Origin: Longilinea sp.
GTDB lineage: Bacteria > Chloroflexota > Anaerolineae > Anaerolineales > Anaerolineaceae
Length of the DNA: 64,000 bases
Direction: 5' to 3'
Assembly: GCA_035560795.1 (NCBI GenBank)
Contig: DATMYV010000020.1
Coordinates: 15,152 to 79,151 of the forward strand
A model generated the notes under the pieces. It did no database searches. It was given only the letters and a program-made list of their open reading frames with translations, and had not been told where the DNA came from. The position numbers and the translations under genes are program-made. Below are positions 49,365 to 59,083 of the stretch, one piece after another (position 1 is the stretch's first letter; each line of letters opens with the position of its first letter).

Positions 49365-49883
49365 TCAAACAGAACGAGCCCAGGCGGTCAAAGCTAAAAC
49401 TACGACCGCCAGCGCCAGGTTAATCCAGAATATTCTCTGCTCTTTTCGGCGGTATTTTTCAGCGTCAGCTGGCGCTACGCCGCCCTTTTGAGCCTGGCGA
49501 AGCGCCAATCGGTTCAATTCTGGACCCAATATCCAGGTCAGGTAAGCGCTGACCAACACCATCCCGCCAATCGCAATATGCTTTAATAATATCGCCACCG
49601 CCCAGGCATTCTTGATCGCCAACACCCCTTCGTAATTTGGCGATGCACTCATCTGAAACATTCCCGTCGCGGTTAAGATTGCCAGGCTCATCCAGCCCAG
49701 CCACTGCAATCGCTGCTGTAAGGGACCAAGGAATGCGCTGTACGCCTCAGGCGATAATGATTTTCGGGCAACAGGGAGAACCAGTACCGCCATGGCTGCC
49801 AAACCGCCCACCCAGACGACGGTTGCAAGCATATGCAGCCAATAGGCAATCGTCAATACCCAGGAAGGGATTCCAGCGTTCAT
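49365..49883 (-). CDS. CopD/DUF4149-like four-helix membrane protein
   Basis: WLHMLATVVWVGG, TGMFQ and KH motifs; four TM segments. Confidence 0.65.
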   Translation of the reverse strand: MNAGIPSWVLTIAYWLHMLATVVWVGGLAAMAVLVLPVARKSLSPEAYSAFLGPLQQRLQWLGWMSLAILTATGMFQMSASPNYEGVLAIKNAWAVAILLKHIAIGGMVLVSAYLTWILGPELNRLALRQAQKGGVAPADAEKYRRKEQRIFWINLALAVVVLALTAWARSV

Positions 49884-50968
49884 GGGGCTGGTGTCTGAGA
49901 TGGTTCTGGCGTCACACCAGCGGGTGGAGCATCGGTCGGGGTAACCTCAGGCGTCAACGATGGTGTTACGGTTACCTCTGGTACAACCTCCGGAGGCGGA
50001 GCATTGGCCTCATCGCATTTTATTCCGGCTTCATCCGCCGCTGATTGGACGAGTTGATCGGGCGAAAGATTGAGCGCCGTCATATACATTTCCTTCGCCT
50101 TGCAATATTCTTCCTGCAGCATTAATTGATCGGCATATTTTACCGCTGCGACCCGGTAGCGCTCGGTGGCAGTCATACCGGACCCATCCCGCAAGTTTGG
50201 AAAGGCGGGATAAATTTCGGAAAAAATGGTGACCACCTGGCCCCAATCGATGCCCCAATAACTGGCACCGTTGAGATAATACCGCGCCCAGGTCCGGTAG
50301 CTCTTGGCATCAACGTCAATGGGAGCGAATTTTTCGGCCAGCGTCAAATTGTAAATGCCGCTTTCAAGGTTGCCTTCATTGAGGATCATTTCAACGCCGC
50401 GGTAGCGCAGGACCACATAATACAAACCATCTACGTCAACGGCCTTATAGTTCGGGTCGGAATTGCGCAGTGCTTGCAGCGTTTCATAGGCCTGGGCCCA
50501 CTGCTTATTCTTAACCAGGTCAACGGCTTGATTATAAATTTCTTCGACACCGCGTAAATCAGGGGTGGGTGAAACGGTTGGAGAAGGCTTTGGCGTTGGC
50601 GTAAGAACTTGCGCCATTTGGATCATGACCTCAGCCAGTTTATCAGAAGCGCCCGGGAAGGATGGATCAATTCCAAGGACGTATTCGAAGCGCTGCTGTG
50701 CCATCGCAAGGCGTCCTTCCGACATATCAGCCAGGCCTAATTCAAATTGCGTGGTTGTCACAGCAGTAATCTGGTTCAATTCGCCAGCCTTACGTGCCTG
50801 CATTCCAGATTCGTAACCCAACCATCCTCCGGCAGCTGCGCCTAAAACCAGTAACAGGATTCCAATCAGAACCCACCGTCCTCGGCGTGGTTTGGCAGAT
50901 TTTATGCTCTCCGTTTGGATCTCCGGCAGGTTCGCCGGATCATTTTTATTGGTATTCGAAATCGTCAT
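49880..50968 (-). CDS. Membrane-anchored TPR-like protein with Pro/Thr-rich linkers
   Basis: N-terminal TM helix, helical repeats (A..FEYVL.IDP, YNQA..W.QA), PTP-rich segments. Confidence 0.7.
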   Translation of the reverse strand: MTISNTNKNDPANLPEIQTESIKSAKPRRGRWVLIGILLLVLGAAAGGWLGYESGMQARKAGELNQITAVTTTQFELGLADMSEGRLAMAQQRFEYVLGIDPSFPGASDKLAEVMIQMAQVLTPTPKPSPTVSPTPDLRGVEEIYNQAVDLVKNKQWAQAYETLQALRNSDPNYKAVDVDGLYYVVLRYRGVEMILNEGNLESGIYNLTLAEKFAPIDVDAKSYRTWARYYLNGASYWGIDWGQVVTIFSEIYPAFPNLRDGSGMTATERYRVAAVKYADQLMLQEEYCKAKEMYMTALNLSPDQLVQSAADEAGIKCDEANAPPPEVVPEVTVTPSLTPEVTPTDAPPAGVTPEPSQTPAP

Positions 50969-50986
50969 AGCGCCAATTATACCGTA

Positions 50987-52531
50987 CTACAACCGCACGA
51001 GAAGGCGTAGCTCTTTCCATACAATCGGGACCGCGACCAGTACGCCAGCTGCCATCGCGATTAATCCACGCAACACCTGTGGCCCTGCCAGGTCCAAATT
51101 GACCAATAGAAAGGCTACGCCGCCCCCCAGAACCGCTGCCGCCAGTGCCCGCAGTAATGCAGGCACAAGCGTCAATTGTGTCTTCAAGCGCTGGCTGAAG
51201 AGCCACAGCAGCAGCAGCCCCTCTGCTGTGAATGCACAAGCGTCCGCCAAGCTGATGCCGGCAGCACCGATCGAGCGGTAGAGCTGACTGGCCAGCAATG
51301 AATATACTGCCAGGTTTACTCCGGCTGTCCATAATGGAGTAATTGCATCCTGCCGGGCATAGAAGGTGCGCACGGCCACCTCTTTAAGGCTCTGGCCAAA
51401 TAATCCCAGCAAATAGCCGCGAGATACCCACAACAATAGATTGGTCCCGGCCACGTCAAAGCCAAAAGCCAAGGCCAAAAGCGGACCCAAACCGGCTGAA
51501 AGTACTGCCGCCATCGGCAATGTTAATGCCAGCAGCACCTGGACGGCGCGCTCGATGGTCGCCCGGAAGGTTTCCCAATCCTGATTTGCAATCATCTGGG
51601 CCAGCGAAGGCAACATGGCTGTTGCGATCGCAGTTCCAATCAACGTTTCAGGCACCTGCATGATCATCCAGCCGTAGGTCAGGGCAGAGGGTGAACCTGC
51701 CGGCAACCGCGAGGCCAGGTTATCGCGAACAATGAAGATCAATTGAATAAAAAACATGGTTAGCAGACGCGGTCCCAGCAATAGCAGGACTTTCCGCACC
51801 GGCTCAGTGTTCAAACCGATTTTTGGAGTCCAGCGGAAACCAAACTTTACCAATCCAGGAATTTGAATGGCGAGATGCAGCAAGGCGCCCAGAATGACGC
51901 CGTAAACCAGTCCATGCACGCCCAGGCCAAAGGCAGGTAATGTAATGGGGCCAAGAGATAAGCCTTTTTCCGGCGCGAGCACCACGGCGCCAAAAATCTG
52001 GCCAAAGTTGTAAAGAATGGGTGCCAGGGCTGGCAGGAAAAAATGCTGGTTGGCCTGCAGCCCGGCGATTACCAGCCCGCTGATTGAGAAAATTAATGTT
52101 GCAAACAGGTTGAGGCGCATCAATGCTGCCACCAATTGCTGCTGCTGCTGCCCGAACCCCGGTGCAATGCCAAGCCGCCAACCCACCAGCGGTTCGGCAA
52201 AGATGGCAATGAGGATCGAAAAAACAGCCGTGACTAAAAATGCCAGGTTGGCAATCCGGCTGAACAAATCCCAGGCTTGCGCCCGGCTCTGTTTGGTCAA
52301 CATTTCTGTGAGTACAGGAATGAAAGCCATAGCCAGTGCGCCGCCAGAGATCAATGCAAACAGCAAATCCGGCAAGTTGTTGGCAACATTAAAAGCATCC
52401 AGCTCGCTGGACAGGCCAAACTGGCGGGCAACGATGATGATGCGGGCAAAAGCAACGATTTTATCGATACCGAAGAAAACTGCCAGAAGCAAGGTAATGC
52501 GCGTTAGGTGTGATAGTTGTATCTTTTTCAT
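50987..52531 (-). CDS. murJ: Lipid II flippase MurJ
   Basis: FG..ELDAF.VA..LPDLL..GGAL..AFIPV, LQANQHF..PA..P, FYARQD..TP; MOP family. Confidence 0.9.
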   Translation of the reverse strand: MKKIQLSHLTRITLLLAVFFGIDKIVAFARIIIVARQFGLSSELDAFNVANNLPDLLFALISGGALAMAFIPVLTEMLTKQSRAQAWDLFSRIANLAFLVTAVFSILIAIFAEPLVGWRLGIAPGFGQQQQQLVAALMRLNLFATLIFSISGLVIAGLQANQHFFLPALAPILYNFGQIFGAVVLAPEKGLSLGPITLPAFGLGVHGLVYGVILGALLHLAIQIPGLVKFGFRWTPKIGLNTEPVRKVLLLLGPRLLTMFFIQLIFIVRDNLASRLPAGSPSALTYGWMIMQVPETLIGTAIATAMLPSLAQMIANQDWETFRATIERAVQVLLALTLPMAAVLSAGLGPLLALAFGFDVAGTNLLLWVSRGYLLGLFGQSLKEVAVRTFYARQDAITPLWTAGVNLAVYSLLASQLYRSIGAAGISLADACAFTAEGLLLLWLFSQRLKTQLTLVPALLRALAAAVLGGGVAFLLVNLDLAGPQVLRGLIAMAAGVLVAVPIVWKELRLLVRL

Positions 52532-52825
52532 CCCTGGCTACTTCCGCTATCCAAAGTAGATTATCCCGATCATAACACCCATCCATAAATACTATCCGTG
52601 AACACCTCGCAGCGATTCCAGACTCAATTCTTTGTCTGCAACCAGGGTCATTGCAACGGCGGCAAAAATCCAATGCTGGTGGCGTGAGCGAAGCTGGCTT
52701 GCCAGCTTCCATGTGCTGCACCTCGGGGGTTTTCAGGTGCCGTAAATATAGCATAGAAAATTCTTTGAAGAGTTTTTCCTGCAGGCCATGAATAGAGTAC
52801 AATTCGAGCTTGTAGAGAAGGTGCA

Positions 52826-53653
52826 ATGACACGACGGGATAATGAATTTCTCAACGCTGGAACAGCCCGATTGGAGTTCGAAAATGTCATGGTTGCTTAC
52901 AACGGCCATCCCATTCTCGATGACTTGAGCTTTGAAGTACCGCACGGCGCCCAGGTGGCTGTGGTTGGTCCAAATGGAGCTGGAAAATCCACCCTGTTTA
53001 AAGCTCTGGTGGGTTTGCTGCCGCTGCGCAAAGGCCAAATTCGTATCCATGGATTGCCTTTGGGGCAGCATAAGGACTGTGTGGCTTACATACCCCAGCG
53101 TGAAGAAGTGGATTGGCGCTTCCCGGTTACAGTGGAAGAAGTCGTTATGATGGGCCGTTTCAACAACTTCGGCTGGCTTGGCAAACCCACCGGGGAAGAT
53201 CATGCCGTTGTGCTTCAAAGCATGGATCAATTGGGTATCACCAAACTGGCCAAACGTTCCATTGGTGAACTATCGGGCGGCCAACAGCAGCGCGTATTTT
53301 TAGCCCGGGCTTTGGCGCAAGAGCCGCACATCCTATTGATGGATGAACCTTTTACCGGCGTGGACGTATCGACGCAGGAAGCAACCCTCGCTTTGCTGGA
53401 CGATTTACGAACGCTCAGCGTGACCGTCATGGTGTCCACGCATGACTTAAGCATGGCAGCCGAACGCTTCGAACGCATTCTCCTGCTGAAGCGTCGGCTG
53501 ATCGCCTACGGCCCGCGCGAACAGGTATTCACACGCGAAAATATTGGCGCCGCCTTTGGCAAGCAGGCCTTGATCCTGGACAATATTGTTGTGGTCGACC
53601 ATTGCTGCCCCGATGATGAACATGAACACCTTCACGACGAGGCAATGGAATGA
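52826..53653 (+). CDS. Zn/Mn ABC transporter ATP-binding protein (ZnuC/MntB-like)
   Basis: GPNGAGKST, YIPQR..DW.FP, LSGGQQQR, DEPFTGVD, THDL; His/Cys/acidic C-terminal tail. Confidence 0.93.
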   Translation: MTRRDNEFLNAGTARLEFENVMVAYNGHPILDDLSFEVPHGAQVAVVGPNGAGKSTLFKALVGLLPLRKGQIRIHGLPLGQHKDCVAYIPQREEVDWRFPVTVEEVVMMGRFNNFGWLGKPTGEDHAVVLQSMDQLGITKLAKRSIGELSGGQQQRVFLARALAQEPHILLMDEPFTGVDVSTQEATLALLDDLRTLSVTVMVSTHDLSMAAERFERILLLKRRLIAYGPREQVFTRENIGAAFGKQALILDNIVVVDHCCPDDEHEHLHDEAME

Positions 53654-54495
53654 GCTGGTTGTTCCTACCGCTCCAATATGCTTTTATGCAGCGCGGCATG
53701 ATTGCGGCAGTCCTGGTGGGATTGTTGTGTTCGGTGGTTGGCACCTATGTGGTACTGCGTTCCATGGCGTTCCTTGGCGATGCACTGGCGCATGCCATCT
53801 TACCCGGCGTAGCCATTGCCTACTTGGTCGGCGGCAATCTACTGATCGGTGCTTTGATCGCTGCCATTTTGGTCGCGCTGGGAATTGGATTCTTCACCCG
53901 CGGCGGTACCGTGCGGGAAGACACCGCCATCGGCATTCTATTTTCTGCCGCATTGGCACTGGGTGTTGCCTTGATTTCCAGCATCCGCTCCTATGCTGTT
54001 GACCTAAGCCACATCATTTTCGGCAATGTGTTGGGGGTCAGCCCGGCCGACCTCTGGTTGATTGCGGGGTTGACGGTTGTGGTCTTGCTGGTCGTCATCC
54101 TTTTGTTCCGCCCGCTCTTTGTAGTTTCATTCGACCCGGTCATGGCGAAAACGCTGCGTTTGCCGGTGGAACTGCTGCGCAATTTATTGCTGGTGCTGCT
54201 GGCTCTGACCATCGTAGTCTCTCTACAAACCGTTGGAATTGGGTTGGTAGCCGCCATGCTGGTTACACCCGGCGCAACCGCTTATTTGCTCACCCGCCGC
54301 CTGGTACCGATGATGGTGATCGCTGCACTGATCGGGGTCGTTTCCAGCATTGTGGGTCTGTATTTGAGCTATTATCTAAATATCGTTTCCGGCTCTGCCA
54401 TCGTTCTGGTTGCCACGGCGTTCTTCCTGGTGGCATTTTTCTTCGCCCCGCAAAAGGGTTGGGCCTGGCAACGGCTGCACGCGCAGCGGAGGTAA
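53650..54495 (+). CDS. Zn/Mn ABC transporter permease (ZnuB/MntC-like)
   Basis: MAFLGDALAHA.LPG, EDTAIG, FG.VL, SFDP, VG..LV.AML..P; ATGA overlap. Confidence 0.93.
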   Translation: MSWLFLPLQYAFMQRGMIAAVLVGLLCSVVGTYVVLRSMAFLGDALAHAILPGVAIAYLVGGNLLIGALIAAILVALGIGFFTRGGTVREDTAIGILFSAALALGVALISSIRSYAVDLSHIIFGNVLGVSPADLWLIAGLTVVVLLVVILLFRPLFVVSFDPVMAKTLRLPVELLRNLLLVLLALTIVVSLQTVGIGLVAAMLVTPGATAYLLTRRLVPMMVIAALIGVVSSIVGLYLSYYLNIVSGSAIVLVATAFFLVAFFFAPQKGWAWQRLHAQRR

Positions 54496-54499
54496 CCTG

Positions 54500-55183
54500 G
54501 TGAGTCAAACTGGCTGTCTATACGTGGTTGCCACGCCGATCGGCAACACGGGCGACATTACCCTGAGGGCGATCGAAACGCTCCGGTCAGTGGACGGCAT
54601 TATTTGCGAAGAAGCCCGCATTGGCACTACTTTACTTAAAAAGCTTGAAATCCCCGCCAAAGAATTGATCCTGCTGAACGAACATAACGAGCACGAACAG
54701 GCCGCCAACCTGGTTGTACGCATCGCCAAGGGTGAATCGTTTGCCCTGATATCGGATTGCGGAACGCCGGTCTTTGCCGATCCCGGGGCGTTTCTGGTCC
54801 AGCAAATCAGCATCATGGAGCTGCCAGTCGTCCCTGTTCCGGGGACATCCTCCCTGATGGCTGCGCTCTCGGTAATGGATTTCAAGATGGAGCGCTTTGT
54901 TTTCGCCGGGTTTTTACCGCGCGATCCAGTCCAACGGCGAAAACAGCTTGAATCGCTGCGGTATCTGAAAATGGCCATCATAATTCTGGATACACCCTAC
55001 CGCCTGGGCGCGCTGATGGACGATATCGGAAAAGTCTTTGGCGGCGGGCAGCGAATTACTCTGGCAATGGATATCACCCTGCCTTCCGAAACCATATTTC
55101 GCGGACGCCTCGACGAACTGCGCAAACGCGTTGGCCCGCGCAAAGCCGAATTCATTCTCATCGTGCATCCACCCGGCCTCTAG
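54500..55183 (+). CDS. rsmI: 16S rRNA (cytidine1402-2'-O)-methyltransferase
   Basis: LYVVATPIGN..DIT.RA, LISDCGTP..DPG, PVPG.S, F.GFLP. GTG start at 54500. Confidence 0.88.
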   Translation: MSQTGCLYVVATPIGNTGDITLRAIETLRSVDGIICEEARIGTTLLKKLEIPAKELILLNEHNEHEQAANLVVRIAKGESFALISDCGTPVFADPGAFLVQQISIMELPVVPVPGTSSLMAALSVMDFKMERFVFAGFLPRDPVQRRKQLESLRYLKMAIIILDTPYRLGALMDDIGKVFGGGQRITLAMDITLPSETIFRGRLDELRKRVGPRKAEFILIVHPPGL

Positions 55184-55272
55184 CCAGGCTGCTAATAATT
55201 TCGAATCATTGTTGATATTATATTCCGCGAGTTTCTTATTTTGATAAAACAAAAATCCAAAATGAGGTCGAT

Positions 55273-55623
55273 ATGGCTATACCAGATTCTGAAACCGTGC
55301 TTCTACTGACCCGTAATGGCATAGGGGATGCTGAACCGGAACTCCAGCTAAAACTTGCCACAACATATTTTAAATTGCTGGACGAGAATAATGTGTTACC
55401 GCCGGTAATTTGTTTTTACGGTTATGGCGTCAAACTGGTTGTCGACGGCTCGCCATTGATTGCCACCCTGAAATCGCTGGAAGGCAAAGGCGTGCGTTTA
55501 ATCGCCTGCAGCACCTGCCTCACCTATTACAACCTTACCGATCGGGTTCAGGTAGGCATTGTTGGCGCGATGACTGATATTCTCGAAGCACAACGCCAGG
55601 CCGGCAAGGTTATTTCCCTCTAG
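55273..55623 (+). CDS. DsrE-family sulfur/selenium transfer protein (YedF C-terminal domain-like)
   Basis: G.G..EL..KL, FYG.GVKL, GV.L.ACSTCL..Y, VG..G.M.DI. Confidence 0.75.
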   Translation: MAIPDSETVLLLTRNGIGDAEPELQLKLATTYFKLLDENNVLPPVICFYGYGVKLVVDGSPLIATLKSLEGKGVRLIACSTCLTYYNLTDRVQVGIVGAMTDILEAQRQAGKVISL

Positions 55624-55682
55624 CTGCCCAGCGAAAAAGTAATCCGGGAAGAGGTGCTTGAAAAGCAATTAACGTGGATTGT

Positions 55683-56549
55683 TTAGCTTTCGGATATCGA
55701 GTAACCGCATAGCGCCAGGGCTTTGGGACCGGTGTGAGATCCAAGAATCGGCGAAGTGATGGAAATGATGATTTCCTGCGGGGATAATTCTCGCTGCACC
55801 CGTTCGGCCAGTGCCTGGGCTTCTTCAAGGCCGGCATTATGCAATACCGCGACGTGGATTGGATAATGGGCGTCCACGTGATTTGAGAATTCCCGGACCA
55901 TACCCTCAATGGCATTGTGACGAGAACGGGCCGGGATCGAGGGAATTACGGAACCAGTTTTCGGGTTGACTGAAATCAGGGGTTTGATTTTGATGATCGA
56001 CTCGAGGAATTTGGTTGCGCTGCCGATCCGGCCGCCCTTGGATAAGTATTCCATCGTATCCAGAGTAATGTAATAAGCCATGTGGTCGCGTACCTGTTCA
56101 GCAGTTTTTATCATCGCAGCCGCATCGCCACCAGCATCCCGCGTGCGGGCAGCCGCAATCACCTGCCAACCCAAACCCATTGAATTGTTCTTGCCATCCA
56201 AAACATGCACCGGTATGGGCGATTCGGCCGCGGCTTCGCGGGTTGAATTGATGGTGCCGCTCATGGCTGAACTGATAACGATGACCAGCGCTTCTTCATA
56301 GCCTTTATCGGCTGCGTTTTGGAATGCGAGTAGAAAATCTTGTGGGGAAGGCTGTGATGTACTGGGGAAGGATTTTAAATGCGGCAGCAGTTCATAAAAT
56401 TGCTCTGCTGTGAGATCGATGCCATCCTTGTATTGGCGGTCGCCCAGAATGATGGTTAAGGGCACGACATCAATATCATATTTCTCACGCCAATCCTGCG
56501 GGATATCACAGGTACTATCCGTAATTAATGCTACTTTCCGCTTGGTCAT
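55683..56549 (-). CDS. DegV family fatty-acid-binding protein
   Basis: ITDSTCD, PSTSQPS, ISSAMSGT, YLSKGGRI, IKP, HTGP. Confidence 0.95.
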   Translation of the reverse strand: MTKRKVALITDSTCDIPQDWREKYDIDVVPLTIILGDRQYKDGIDLTAEQFYELLPHLKSFPSTSQPSPQDFLLAFQNAADKGYEEALVIVISSAMSGTINSTREAAAESPIPVHVLDGKNNSMGLGWQVIAAARTRDAGGDAAAMIKTAEQVRDHMAYYITLDTMEYLSKGGRIGSATKFLESIIKIKPLISVNPKTGSVIPSIPARSRHNAIEGMVREFSNHVDAHYPIHVAVLHNAGLEEAQALAERVQRELSPQEIIISITSPILGSHTGPKALALCGYSISES

Positions 56550-56663
56550 TTTTCCCTCGAACCGAATAAATGTTTTTCCCGAATTATTGTATTTATTAAA
56601 GCCTGACCATCGGTGGTGAATTACCGCAGATTAAACGACTAGAACTGCTCGCGCAGTTCTTAT

Positions 56664-56738
56664 TGGTGCCCCCATCGGGACTCGAACCCGAGTTATAGCC
56701 TTGAAAGGGCTGTGTCCTAACCGCTAGACCATGGGGGC
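56664..56738 (-). tRNA. tRNA-Glu (anticodon TTC)
   Basis: Minus strand GCCCCCATGGTCTAGCGGTTAGGACACAGCCCTTTCAAGGCTATAACTCGGGTTCGAGTCCCGATGGGGGCACCA: cloverleaf, GGTTCGA T-arm, encoded CCA. Confidence 0.97.
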
Positions 56739-56794
56739 AGCGAGAAATATTTTACCAGATGCACCGCCAGCGTCAAGGATATTGGCCATTTTCG

Positions 56795-57463
56795 TCAATC
56801 CAACGGCGCAATCAGCCCGGGAACATCCAGGGTGGGGTTGCTTACCATGTTGCCGACTCTAACGGCTTGCATTTCCTGCGCCGGATATGGCATCATCAGA
56901 CCTGTTAACTGCCGGGGATCGCTCCAGTTGAGCCAGTTCCACATCTGATCTCCCGTCAGAATCACCGGCATGCGGTCATGAATGGCGGCGATGCGTTCAT
57001 TCGGCGTGGTGGTGATGATGGTGCAGCTCTTCACCTCTTTGCCTTCAGGCGAGTGCCAGATTTCCCATAATCCGGCAAATGCAAAAGCTTTTCGATCCCG
57101 CAATGAGATGAAAAATGGTTGTGATGGACCTTTTCCGCTGGCTGCCTTCTGCCATTCATAAAAACCGGAAGCCGGAATCAGGCAGCGCCTGCGGGCGAAT
57201 GCCGACCGGAAGGAGGGTTTTTCAGCCAGAGTCTCAGCCCGCGCGTTGATCATGCGGCTGCCGATGGAGAGATCCTTCGCCCAGGAAGGCACCAATCCCC
57301 ATCGCATCCATTGGGCATCGCGGGCAGCAGCATCTATAACCGCCAAAACCGGTTGGGTCGGAGCCACATTGTAACGTGGTACCCATTCAGGGGGGATGGC
57401 GTGCAAATCCAATTCTTCGCTCAAGTCATCGGCTTCCAGGAAAAGCGTAAATCTTCCGCACAT
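56795..57463 (-). CDS. SOS response-associated peptidase (SRAP/YedK/HMCES family, abasic-site protection)
   Basis: MCGRF N-terminus, RYNVAP, WGL.P.W, INAR.ET, GFYEW, HDRMP. Confidence 0.95.
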   Translation of the reverse strand: MCGRFTLFLEADDLSEELDLHAIPPEWVPRYNVAPTQPVLAVIDAAARDAQWMRWGLVPSWAKDLSIGSRMINARAETLAEKPSFRSAFARRRCLIPASGFYEWQKAASGKGPSQPFFISLRDRKAFAFAGLWEIWHSPEGKEVKSCTIITTTPNERIAAIHDRMPVILTGDQMWNWLNWSDPRQLTGLMMPYPAQEMQAVRVGNMVSNPTLDVPGLIAPLD

Positions 57464-57532
57464 GGCTGCTCCTTTCGATACGATCCTTCGGTTAAGATTA
57501 TAATTGTCTTATCTCAAGATCGCGAGGTTTGC

Positions 57533-59083
57533 ATGCCTTCTCCCCTGGTTGAATGTATCCCTAATTTTTCAGACGCACGCCGTCCCGAAGTCGTTGAAGC
57601 GATTTTGGCAGCCATTACTGCCGTTCCCGGCGTACATGTCCTCGACCGCCATTCCGATCTGGATCATAACCGGACGGTGGTGACCTTTCTCGGCTCGCCT
57701 CAAGCGGTGGAAGATGCCGCATTTCAAAGCATCGCCCGCGCTGCCCAGTTGATCGATCTCAATTTGCATACAGGCGCACATCCGCGTCTGGGGGCTACCG
57801 ATGTGGTGCCGTTTGTGCCCATCAGCGACATTAGCATGCAGGAATGCGTCGAAATGGCGCGCCGCCTGGGCAAACGGGTTGGCGATGAGCTCAACATACC
57901 GGTTTATTTATACGAAGAAGCTGCCACCCGTCCAGAGCGTCAAAATCTTGAAAACATTCGCCACGGCCAATATGAGGCACTTAAAGAGGAAATAGGCGTC
58001 AACCCTGAACGTGATCCCGATTTTGGCCCGCGTCAAGTCGGCTCGGCCGGCGGCACGGTGATTGGTGCCCGCGCTCCCTTGATTGCGTTCAATGTTTATC
58101 TGACCACCAACGAAGTGAACGTTGCGCAACGCATCGCCAAGGCGGTACGTCACTCCTCTGGCGGATTGCGCTATGTGAAGGCGATGGGCGTGTTGGTTGA
58201 GGGCCGTGCCCAGGTATCGATGAACCTGACCAATTATCGCCAGACTCCTGTGGCGCGTGTGGTGGAATTTGTCAGGCGCGAAGCTGCCCGTTACGGCGTT
58301 GGAATTCATCATTGCGAACTGGTCGGGCTGCTGCCGCAGGAAAGCTTGAATAACGCGGCCATCTGGTACCTCCAACTGGATGATTTCGAACCGGATCAAA
58401 TTCTCGAATCGCGCCTGTATGAATTGCTGCGCTCGCCCGTTCAAGCTGGAACCCCTGCCAAGGAACCAGATTTCATCGAACAGCTTGCTTCAGCAAGTCC
58501 CACTCCAGGCGGCGGCGCTGCGGCTGCCCACACTGGAGCAGCGGCGGCAGCCCTGGTAGCCATGGTTGCGCGCGGCACACTGACGAAGAAGAAATATGAA
58601 TCCGTCAAAGAGCAGATGTGGGCGCTGGTGGAACAGGCTGAAACCCTGCGCTCTGCATTGACCCGGGCGGTTGAAGAGGATTGTGCAGCCTTTGAGGAAG
58701 TAATGGCTGCTTTCAGATTGCCCAAAGATACCCCTGAGCAAACCGCCAGTCGGATCCAGGCTGTACAGGCTGCCACGCTGGTGGCCGCGCAGGTTCCATT
58801 AAAGATCGCCGGACAGGCTTTGGCTGTGCAAAAACTGGCGTTGCAGGCGGCCTCTGCTGGCAATTTGAATGCCATTTCCGATGCTGCTTCTGCATCCGCG
58901 CTGGCACATGCGGCCCTGACATGCGCAGCCTATAATGTGCGGATCAACCTGTTAGGTTTGGAGGATAAGGACATCGCTGCCGGGTTGATTGGCGAATTGC
59001 GCATGCTCGAAACCAGTTCAACCGAACAAGAAGAACAAATGCGGCGGGTGTTAGCCAGCCGCGGCGGCATATCATTTTCCTGA
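57533..59083 (+). CDS. ftcD: Fused formimidoyltransferase-cyclodeaminase (FTCD)
   Basis: ECIPNFS, DHNRTV, H.G.HPR.GA.DV.PF.P, QVSMNL, then cyclodeaminase domain PTPGGG..GN.NA.SD..NV.INL. Confidence 0.9.
   Translation: MPSPLVECIPNFSDARRPEVVEAILAAITAVPGVHVLDRHSDLDHNRTVVTFLGSPQAVEDAAFQSIARAAQLIDLNLHTGAHPRLGATDVVPFVPISDISMQECVEMARRLGKRVGDELNIPVYLYEEAATRPERQNLENIRHGQYEALKEEIGVNPERDPDFGPRQVGSAGGTVIGARAPLIAFNVYLTTNEVNVAQRIAKAVRHSSGGLRYVKAMGVLVEGRAQVSMNLTNYRQTPVARVVEFVRREAARYGVGIHHCELVGLLPQESLNNAAIWYLQLDDFEPDQILESRLYELLRSPVQAGTPAKEPDFIEQLASASPTPGGGAAAAHTGAAAAALVAMVARGTLTKKKYESVKEQMWALVEQAETLRSALTRAVEEDCAAFEEVMAAFRLPKDTPEQTASRIQAVQAATLVAAQVPLKIAGQALAVQKLALQAASAGNLNAISDAASASALAHAALTCAAYNVRINLLGLEDKDIAAGLIGELRMLETSSTEQEEQMRRVLASRGGISFS

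Noticed and set aside
52596-52740. Lysine riboswitch or 6S RNA call
   Set aside because: GAGGTGC is present, but the other conserved lysine-riboswitch elements and the long 6S rod with central bubble are not. Kept only as an unassigned structure.
56560-57463. Integrated element at tRNA-Glu (SRAP genes are often mobile)
   Set aside because: No integrase, no duplicated tRNA 3' end, and the flanking genes are housekeeping.
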